Assembly (NCBI GenBank): GCA_050250895.1
Contig: JBFWNU010000001.1
Span: forward strand, 288,001 to 352,000
Direction of reading: 5' to 3'
DNA length: 64,000 bases
From: Vulcanimicrobiota bacterium
Lineage (GTDB): Bacteria > Vulcanimicrobiota > Xenobia > Xenobiales > JADMJV01
Position numbers and translations under genes: made by a program. Numbering within the stretch: the first letter of the stretch is position 1; every line of letters begins with the position of its first letter. Below are positions 18,231 through 25,496 of this stretch, in pieces. Under the pieces are notes generated by a model. It did no database searches and had not been told where the DNA came from. It was given only the letters and a program-made list of their open reading frames with translations.

Positions 18231-19625
18231 CTAAGATTCCTGACCGACCATGGCCAGCAGGCGGTCGGCTACCCGCACGCCCGACTCGAGCGCCCCCTCC
18301 ATGAAGCCAGTGAAAGCCCGACTGGTATGCTCACCGGCGAAAAAAAGCCGGTCGAAAAGCCCATGATGGAGCACCGGTCCACAGGTGGTAACCTCTCCCA
18401 GGGCTCCCAGGGAATAGGCGCCGCCGGTGTAGCGGGCGGCCGGCCAGTTCATGAAACGACCTGCCCGCAACTTCGAGCCCAAATCAGCAAAGCGCGTGGC
18501 CAGCTGCTCGAGGTAGTACTCATCCAAGCTGGCCCGTCCAGCCGAGAGCACCCCGCTGGCGGCGGGGCCGCCTGAGAAGCAAACCATCGCTCCCGAGCGC
18601 CCCCAGGTGTAGGCAACCGGCCCGTCGCTCAGGCTGGTGGGATTGTCGATCTTGCCCTCGACATCGGCCAGATATTTGACCCCGGCTCCCAGTCGTGGAG
18701 CCAGTCCGGCCGGCAGGGCGGGGGCAAAGTCGATGGCGCTCCAGGTGGGCGGCGGCAAGGTCAGCACCACCTGTTCGCCTTCGAAGTTGCCGCGGCGCGT
18801 CTGGACCCGGCAGCCCCCCGAGGCGATCTGCACCTTCTCGACCACCGCGCCGGTGACCACTTTCAACTCGCGGGCCAGGGCCAGAGACAGGGCCTGAGTG
18901 CCCTGGCGACAGACATGGGTTTCGCTGTCGGTGTGAAAGCTCTCGAGGCCTCCACCTTTGATCAGAGCCAGCATCTGCAGCAAGCTCAGCTCCTCGAGCG
19001 AGCCGACATCGTCGCTCTCGAGGCTGGCTTTGAGAATAGCGCGAGCCAGCGGAGAAAGCTCGTGCTGATCAAGCCAGGCACCCACGCTGCGGTGGTCAAG
19101 CTCGTGGGCCTGAGGCGAGCGCCAGGGCTCGATCGCGTCGATACCGGCGGCCAGGGGATAGAGCCCCGCCAGCACCTCGTCTGCCTCTTCATAGGCCGCC
19201 TCTGCCTCTTTGTCCTCGAGAATGCGCCCCTGAAACTCGAAGCGCTCGGCTTCTTCGCTCAACTCGTCGAGGTCTAAACCGAATCGGCGGGCATACTGCC
19301 ACCAGTGAGGATGATTGAGCCCAACCAGCTCGGCGCCCCCTTCGACCACGCCGCCCCGCGCAAAGTTCGTGAACGACCAGGTGCGCCCGCCCAACCGCTG
19401 GCGCGCTTCGAGCACGGTGACCTCGAAGCCGGCCTGCTGCAGCCGGTCGGCGCAGGCCAGACCCGACAGGCCGGCACCCAGCACCAACACTTTGCGACGC
19501 TTGGCGGCCCGGGCCGGGGCCCGCACCAGGAGGCCCGCTCCCAGGCCCAAAGAAAGCTGTAGAAAGCGTCGACGGGTGAAGCGGCGATGGCGGCATTCGA
19601 ACCGCTGGGCCAGACGGCTGAACAT
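18231..19625 (-). CDS. Flavin monoamine oxidase family protein with Tat signal
   Basis: TRRRFL Tat motif, VLGAGLSGL, EARQRLGGR, FAGEHT...GFMEGALESG. Confidence 0.9.
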   Translation of the reverse strand: MFSRLAQRFECRHRRFTRRRFLQLSLGLGAGLLVRAPARAAKRRKVLVLGAGLSGLACADRLQQAGFEVTVLEARQRLGGRTWSFTNFARGGVVEGGAELVGLNHPHWWQYARRFGLDLDELSEEAERFEFQGRILEDKEAEAAYEEADEVLAGLYPLAAGIDAIEPWRSPQAHELDHRSVGAWLDQHELSPLARAILKASLESDDVGSLEELSLLQMLALIKGGGLESFHTDSETHVCRQGTQALSLALARELKVVTGAVVEKVQIASGGCRVQTRRGNFEGEQVVLTLPPPTWSAIDFAPALPAGLAPRLGAGVKYLADVEGKIDNPTSLSDGPVAYTWGRSGAMVCFSGGPAASGVLSAGRASLDEYYLEQLATRFADLGSKLRAGRFMNWPAARYTGGAYSLGALGEVTTCGPVLHHGLFDRLFFAGEHTSRAFTGFMEGALESGVRVADRLLAMVGQES

Positions 19626-19679
19626 GGACTACCCTTCGTGCTCAGCCGGAAAAACCCCATCCCTGTGGAACAGTTGCCT

Positions 19680-20477
19680 ATGGGACTCGACGCCACCGTG
19701 ATGTGTCGCTGCTATCAAGACGGCCTGTGCCAGCCGTTTCCCGGGGCCTTCTTCGATGAGGAGGGTTATCTCACCGTGCCCGAGGGCGACTTCGCGGCCT
19801 TTGATGATTGGCTATCCTCGGCTTGTCCCCACCCCGGCATGGAGCTGGTCTGCGAGCGCGTCTCGAACTGGGCAGGCTACCGCTGCTTTCAACAGGCTCT
19901 CGGGCGCACCGGGTGGGAGAACTATCCCACCCTGGCCGAACATCTGCCCAACGCCAACGGCGGTCAACTGCCGGCCCGGGCAGCCCGAGCCGCGCTCGAA
20001 GAGCTCCTCTACTTTCGCGATCTGCCCGAGGTGGGCCTCAACGTGTGCCTGTTCGAGACCGCCAGCGATGAGGTCATTCAGGAACGCGTGGTCGGTTATG
20101 ACGGCAAATTCGTGCTGGGGGGCCGCACCGGCTATGACATCGGCCTCGATAACGAAACCGTCTTCATCGAGCGACGCGAGACCGGCGAGGTGGTCTTTCA
20201 GGCCGCCCGGGTCGGCCAGAAGGTCAAGACCGATCGCAACGGTGAGGTCGTCTCGGCCGAACTGACCGACCTGGGCAGCGGCACGGTCTGGCGGGGCCCG
20301 CTGGCCATCCCGGGGTTCGTGCGCCAGATCGGCAAGCTCTGGCGCAGCACCTATCCCGAAGCCCTCCATGTGGAGCGTCGCCTGGAGGTGCCGGCCGACT
20401 ATGCCTACGCCACCGACGCCCTGGTGCGCCTCTTCGAGGCCTCGATCCAGACCAGCAACCCCGTCCGCTGGTGCTAG
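19680..20477 (+). CDS. Hypothetical protein
   Basis: Start MGLDATVMCRC; typical codon usage; ends NPVRWC. Confidence 0.75.
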   Translation: MGLDATVMCRCYQDGLCQPFPGAFFDEEGYLTVPEGDFAAFDDWLSSACPHPGMELVCERVSNWAGYRCFQQALGRTGWENYPTLAEHLPNANGGQLPARAARAALEELLYFRDLPEVGLNVCLFETASDEVIQERVVGYDGKFVLGGRTGYDIGLDNETVFIERRETGEVVFQAARVGQKVKTDRNGEVVSAELTDLGSGTVWRGPLAIPGFVRQIGKLWRSTYPEALHVERRLEVPADYAYATDALVRLFEASIQTSNPVRWC

Positions 20478-20553
20478 TCGAAAGTTAACATTCCGCTAAC
20501 ACAATCAGGCCGATTTCCAATTCTGTCCATCGGCTGTGGGTTAGGCTGGGAGT

Positions 20554-20640
20554 ATGAAAAGTCACCACGAAGCCCTCAAAGATCTCGCTCTAGCCCTCGA
20601 ACAGCTCTTCGGAACGATCCCCGAAGACAGCGTTCTTTAG
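20554..20640 (+). CDS. Putative 28-aa small protein MKSHHEALKDLALALEQLFGTIPEDSVL
   Basis: TAGGCT-N6-ATG with GGGAG before the ATG; followed by an 11-bp stem hairpin at 20683-20711. Confidence 0.45.
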   Translation: MKSHHEALKDLALALEQLFGTIPEDSVL

Positions 20641-20682
20641 ATATACGATATACCCGGCCGGCTCGACCGGCCGCGACCACCA

Positions 20683-20718
20683 AGCCCGCACGGAGCCAGC
20701 CCGTGCGGGCTCGACTTT
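20683..20718 (+). terminator. Hairpin AGCCCGCACGG-N7-CCGTGCGGGCT, possible terminator
   Basis: Perfect 11-bp stem; weak T tail. Confidence 0.45.
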
Positions 20719-20812
20719 GTACGGGGGTTGGGCCAACCGCGGGGTTCCGGCAGAGGTCACGGATGGACCAAGGCGATCAGGAGAGGGGTGCCCTTGGCGC
20801 TCTCGATGATTG

Positions 20813-21075
20813 AAACCGCCGAGCCGCGAAGGCGCCGAGGGGGACGTGTCTCTCGAGGGGTGAGCACTCCAATGGGGAACGAGGGGGGCGGAATTTTTTG
20901 GAAGCGGACGGGGGAGGCCAGCGCGGCATCGTGCGAGCCCCACCTGGACCCACCACGCGCCTCCATCCCAAATTCGACCAGCCAGCCGTTCCAGGCCGCG
21001 CCCACCGACCTTCAGCACGCCACTACGCAGCAGCGCCAGATAAGAATCTCCGCGTCTCGGCGACCTCGGCGGTTT
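20813..21075. repeat. Non-coding segment bounded by imperfect inverted repeats (MITE/REPIN-like)
   Basis: AAACCGCCGAGCCGCGAAGGCGCCGAG at 20813 versus the reverse complement of 21048-21075, AAACCGCCGAGGTCGCCGAGACGCGGAG; outer 11 bp are identical. Confidence 0.5.
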
Positions 21076-21175
21076 TTACGACGAGCGCCTCTCGAGATGC
21101 ATTTGCTTATCTCAGGCTTTGGACCGAATCGCAGGGCTGGACCGGCGGGCGAGCAGGCCGGGGTGAGGCCGCCCG

Positions 21176-21326
21176 GGTGGCGCAGCCGCCCCAGAGTTAC
21201 GACGCGGAGCGTCGACTAACCCAAGACCTCGAGGTGAGCCTAAGCGAACCTCGCCCCCTGTCGGCCGCAGGCCGAAGTCTCCGCGGCGAAGCCACGCGGC
21301 TTCTTCTCCCGACGACGCAGTCGTCG
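21176..21326. repeat. Cluster of REP-like GNA-triloop palindromes
   Basis: GGTGGC-GCA-GCCGCC, CGACGC-GGA-GCGTCG, TCGGCC-GCA-GGCCGA, GGC-GAA-GCC, CGACGAC-GCA-GTCGTCG. Confidence 0.55.
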
Positions 21327-21338
21327 CTCCCCCAAGCC

Positions 21339-22319
21339 TCAAGCTGCTTTCGAGCCAGAGCCTTTGGAAAGCTCGTTGTAGGCCCGACCGACTCCGCTGT
21401 GCCAGTTGGGATCGGTGGCCCAGCCGGCCTTGTTGACCGCCGACAACTGCGAAGCGATGGGAGCCTTGGCGTTCGAGCCGCCCTTCTCGCGAAGGTTGGC
21501 GAAGGTTTCGGCCCCGGCGTAAATCTGCTGGACGGCGCCATCCCACTGCCTGGGCGTGCTGGGGCTACTGTCGTAGGCGCCCACGCCGAGCATCTTGTCG
21601 AGACCCACGCCCAGGGCGCCAAAGCCGGTCTCGTGCTTGCCAATGGCGGCCAGCGCCAGCGGATCCACGTCGTATTTGCGACCGGCCGCGACAAACTGGG
21701 CCCCCAGACCTTTACCGGCCGCCGGCGTTCCGGCTAGCTTGCCCTCAATGAACTGAGCCAGCTTTTTGTCGTCCCCGGCTAGCTTGGGCGGCAGAGCGTT
21801 GACCTGACCCCCAGACGAGGAAGGCGCCGAACCACCCGAGTCGGGAGTCGAACCGCCCCCGGAAGGAGCCGCTCCACCCCCGGAGGGAGCCGACCCGCCA
21901 CCACTCGAGGGAGCATAGCCGCCACCCGAGCCTGCGCCCGAAGAAGGCGAATAACCGCCGCCCGAACCGGCTCCGGCCGAGGGCGTCTGACCGCCGGTCA
22001 TCTGAGCCAGTTGGGCCAGCAGCGCCTCGATCTCTTGAGTGAGAGACTTCATGGCTCCGCGGTCACCCGAGGCCTGGGCCTGGGCCAGTTGTGAGAGCAC
22101 TTGCTCGATTTCTTTCTGGAGCTGCTCGAGTGGGTCCTGGCTCAGCCAATCGCTAAGCGCGTTGACCAATGGAACCTGAGGAGTCTCCAGTTCGGTCGCC
22201 TCGGGCGAGAGGGTAGCCAGGTCCCCCATCGGGGTGGCAGCCAGTGGATTGGCGAACGGCCCGGGGTTGGTCGGGTCTAACAAATTCGAGAAGCTGGGTG
22301 AGGTAAGCGGGTTCATCAT
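21339..22319 (-). CDS. Glucosaminidase/lysozyme-like peptidoglycan hydrolase with helical N-terminus and Gly/Ser linker
   Basis: AGRKYDVDPLALAAIGKHETGFG...WATDPNW (GH73-like); SGGG-repeat linker; no Sec signal. Confidence 0.75.
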   Translation of the reverse strand: MMNPLTSPSFSNLLDPTNPGPFANPLAATPMGDLATLSPEATELETPQVPLVNALSDWLSQDPLEQLQKEIEQVLSQLAQAQASGDRGAMKSLTQEIEALLAQLAQMTGGQTPSAGAGSGGGYSPSSGAGSGGGYAPSSGGGSAPSGGGAAPSGGGSTPDSGGSAPSSSGGQVNALPPKLAGDDKKLAQFIEGKLAGTPAAGKGLGAQFVAAGRKYDVDPLALAAIGKHETGFGALGVGLDKMLGVGAYDSSPSTPRQWDGAVQQIYAGAETFANLREKGGSNAKAPIASQLSAVNKAGWATDPNWHSGVGRAYNELSKGSGSKAA

Positions 22320-22499
22320 GCTCTCAGTCTATTAAGGAACTCTAAAGTGAGAGCGGAGAGAAGCTTGGAATTGTTACAGTAGCATTAAATCCGTGTTACC
22401 GATTTAGGCAACCTGAAAGGCCTTGGCCCGGCGCCGCCTGCCAAAAGGAAGAGGGCCGCCGCAGCGACCCTCTACCGTCTGACGACCACCGTCTGAAGG

Positions 22500-24182
22500 C
22501 TACTCTTCGTCGAGGAAAGAGTAACGATAGTTGGTGACCGGCGTGAAGGTCTCTTTGACGGTGCGGGGCGAGACCCAGCGCAGCAAGTTGAGGATGCTGC
22601 CGGCCTTGTCGTTGGTGCCAGAGCCGCGGGCGCCGCCGAAGGGTTGCTGCCCGACCACCGCGCCGGTCGGCTTGTCGTTGATGTAGAAGTTGCCGGCCGC
22701 GTTGCGAAGCACATTGGAAGCCTGGAGAATGGCCGTGCGCTCGCGAGCGAAGATGGCTCCGGTCAGGGCGTAGGGGCTGGTCTGGTCGCACAACTGCAGC
22801 ACCTCGTCGAACTGGTTGTCGGGGTAGACATAGACGGTCAGGACCGGGCCGAAGATCTCCTCTTCCATCAACTTGAAGCGAGGATTGCTGGTCTTGATCA
22901 GGGTGGGCTCGACGAAGTAGCCCTCCGAGTCGTCACACTTGCCGCCGGCCAGAATCTCGGCTTCGTTGGACGAGCGAGCGAACTCGATGTAGCCTTTGAT
23001 ACGGTCGAAGGCCGAGCGGTCGATGACCGCGCCCATGAAGTTGCGGAAGTCGCGAACATCGCCCATCTTGATGGTCTTGATCTCGTCCACCAGGCGGTCG
23101 CCCATGGCTTTCCAGACGCTCTCGGCGATGTAGGCGCGCGAGGCGGCCGAGCACTTCTGACCCTGGAACTCGAAGGCTCCCCGGACCAGGTTGGCGGTCA
23201 GTGCCTCGACCTCGGCCGTCGGGTGAGCCACCACGAAGTCCTTGCCGCCCGTCTCGCCGACGATGCGGGGATAGGTGCGATAGTTGGCGATGTTGGCGCC
23301 AATCTGGCCCCACATCGACTGGAAGACTTCGGTCGAGCCGGTGAAGTGCAGGCCGGCCAGGTTGCGGTTGGCGATGGCCGGGTCTCCCACGTTCGAGCCC
23401 GAGCCGGGAACCAGGTTGATCACCCCGGCCGGCAGACCCGCTTCTTCGAGGATCTGCATGATGTAGTGAGCCGAATAGATGGCGCTCGAGGCCGGCTTCC
23501 ACACCACCACGTTGCCGAGCATGGCCGGACAGGTAGGCAGATTGCCGGCGATGGCGGTGAAGTTGAAGGGAGTCACCGCGAACACGAATCCCTCCAGCGG
23601 ACGATGCTCGAGGCGGTTCCACATGCCGGCCGACGACATCGGCTGCTCCTGGAACAGGCGACCCATGAAGCTGACGTTGAAGCGCAAGAAGTCGATCAGC
23701 TCGCAAGCCGAGTCGATTTCGGCCTGGTGGGCCGTCTTGCTCTGACCGAGCATAGTGGCTCCGTTGAGCACCGGGCGCATCCGGGTCGAGAGAATCTCGG
23801 CCGCGCGCAGGAAGATGGCCGCGCGCTCGCCCCAGGGCATAGCCGCCCAGGCGGGTTGGGCCGCCATGGCTGCCTCGACGGCCTGGTCGACGTGCTCCTT
23901 GCTGGCTTTGTGATAGCGACCGAGCAGATGGCCGTGGGCGTGGGGCATCCGCATGTCGCCGGTGCTGCCGGTGGTAACCTTCTTGCCGCCGATCACCAGC
24001 GGAACCTCGATCTCTTCGCCCGCCATGCGCTTGAGGGCGGCTTTGAGTTCCTTCTTGGCAGCCGTGCCGGGGGCGTAAGTATTCACGGTCTCGTTGTGGG
24101 GGTTGGGGGTCATGAACACCCCGTTGCCGGCTGGAAAGGTGGACACGGCGGCACCCTGGGTGGGAGCAGTCATGGTTTGCAT
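22500..24182 (-). CDS. pruA: L-glutamate gamma-semialdehyde (P5C) dehydrogenase
   Basis: PFNFTAI, FTGST, GETGGKDF, FEFQGQKCSA, EEIFGP, INDKPTGAVVGQQPFGGARGSGTNDKAG. Confidence 0.95.
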   Translation of the reverse strand: MQTMTAPTQGAAVSTFPAGNGVFMTPNPHNETVNTYAPGTAAKKELKAALKRMAGEEIEVPLVIGGKKVTTGSTGDMRMPHAHGHLLGRYHKASKEHVDQAVEAAMAAQPAWAAMPWGERAAIFLRAAEILSTRMRPVLNGATMLGQSKTAHQAEIDSACELIDFLRFNVSFMGRLFQEQPMSSAGMWNRLEHRPLEGFVFAVTPFNFTAIAGNLPTCPAMLGNVVVWKPASSAIYSAHYIMQILEEAGLPAGVINLVPGSGSNVGDPAIANRNLAGLHFTGSTEVFQSMWGQIGANIANYRTYPRIVGETGGKDFVVAHPTAEVEALTANLVRGAFEFQGQKCSAASRAYIAESVWKAMGDRLVDEIKTIKMGDVRDFRNFMGAVIDRSAFDRIKGYIEFARSSNEAEILAGGKCDDSEGYFVEPTLIKTSNPRFKLMEEEIFGPVLTVYVYPDNQFDEVLQLCDQTSPYALTGAIFARERTAILQASNVLRNAAGNFYINDKPTGAVVGQQPFGGARGSGTNDKAGSILNLLRWVSPRTVKETFTPVTNYRYSFLDEE

Positions 24183-24268
24183 TAAGATCCTCCGAAAGCT
24201 TTGTCTCTAGTGGTTCTACCCGACACGAACCGGTCCAAACGGAGGAGCCGGATCAACTGGGGGCAGAG

Positions 24269-25411
24269 TTAACCCCACTGCTGGGCCCACAGCCGGGAAT
24301 TGGCGGGGAAGCGAGTCTGAAACTCTCTCTCGAAGTCTTCGAAGGTCGGGTCGTTGTGGGCTTTATAGACCGCCTGGAGCATCTGGATGAGCTCACCATG
24401 GCCAACCGCCTCGCCCAGTTGATGAAGGACGAGAGGTCCCTGATAATAGGCGCCCAGCGGATTCTCTTCGAGAGTGGCGTGAGCCACGGGTTTCGAGTTC
24501 GCCCTGGCCATACGTTCAAAGAACGCCAACAGGACCGGGGCCTGGATGGGGAACTCCTCGGCCACGACTCGCCAGGCGAGATATTGAGGAATCCCCTCCA
24601 CCATCCAGCCATCGTGGCCCAAATACCGCAGGCCAAACCAGAAGTGGCTGATTTCGTGGGCAATCACGAGGCGCCGGAGGGGTTCTACCAGTTCGGGGCC
24701 GCTTTCCGGACCCAGGGCGCGGTGGTCGACCGCGGCTCCCAGGGCTGTGCGCGAGTAGAGAATCAAGTTCCCGCTAGGAGTGCCCGAGATCTGGGTGTTT
24801 CCTCCCCGCCCGATGGCTCCAACCTTGATGGTCTCCAATCCCAACGGACCGAACCGTTCTTCCAACCAGCTGGTGGAGTCGACGATCCAATCCAAATACT
24901 TCGGCTCGTAGTCGAAGTCCAATGGAAAGACAAACTGGAACCGGCCCCTGGCGAAGGGTGGAGCCAGGCGCGCGACCTGAAAGACCAGGCCTTGAGATTG
25001 TGGAACGGTTGGATCCGAGATGAGTGCCGCGTAGCCGTCGGGCAACTCGAAGTCAACCTCGTAGAGAGCAGCCGGAACCTCAAGCTCTGGTTGAAGACCC
25101 ACCCGGGTCAGGCAATAGATTTCGTCGCCGGTCGCCTGGCAGCGAGGGTGGTCGACCCGGCTGGTCCCAGCCAACGAGAACTCCCTGAGGTCGGCCGGTA
25201 GCACCTCGGGGAGTCCATACTCCTGTCCCTCTTGCGTCAGCAGCCGGAGAGGTGGATGATGGGCTGGCAAGACGACGGTTCCCCGAATCGCAAAGGTCGT
25301 CGTCGCGAGACTTTGGGGCCGGACTCTCAGCCTGAAAATCGGCCACTCGTCAGCCACCCCGGAACCCACCAACACCAAAACGAGACAAAACGTCGCGAGC
25401 CACCTGTTCAT
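24269..25411 (-). CDS. Exported gluzincin (M1-like) metallopeptidase
   Basis: Signal peptide MNRWLATF...; IAHEISHFWFG...WMVEG...YYQG, an intact HEXXH-x-E plus Tyr. Confidence 0.8.
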   Translation of the reverse strand: MNRWLATFCLVLVLVGSGVADEWPIFRLRVRPQSLATTTFAIRGTVVLPAHHPPLRLLTQEGQEYGLPEVLPADLREFSLAGTSRVDHPRCQATGDEIYCLTRVGLQPELEVPAALYEVDFELPDGYAALISDPTVPQSQGLVFQVARLAPPFARGRFQFVFPLDFDYEPKYLDWIVDSTSWLEERFGPLGLETIKVGAIGRGGNTQISGTPSGNLILYSRTALGAAVDHRALGPESGPELVEPLRRLVIAHEISHFWFGLRYLGHDGWMVEGIPQYLAWRVVAEEFPIQAPVLLAFFERMARANSKPVAHATLEENPLGAYYQGPLVLHQLGEAVGHGELIQMLQAVYKAHNDPTFEDFEREFQTRFPANSRLWAQQWG

Positions 25412-25496
25412 CGCCACGGCTTCGCCGTGCGGAGCCTGTGTCCCCAGGCAAAAAGCGGGAAGGAAAGATTTACCGACCGCTGGCGACGGGTGGCCT

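Noticed and set aside
20590-21737. Several overlapping track ORFs in the 20.6-21.3 kb gap
   Set aside because: No recognisable motifs, RBS or typical composition; the region is better explained as non-coding repeats.
21820-21990. Short quasi-periodic DNA repeats, possibly CRISPR-like
   Set aside because: They encode the SGGG linker of the 21339..22319 protein; no constant repeat-spacer structure and no cas genes.
22644-24185. 513-aa plus-strand ORF
   Set aside because: Antisense shadow of pruA, common in GC-rich DNA. The same applies to many other overlapping track ORFs such as 26616..27863 and 55561..56697.
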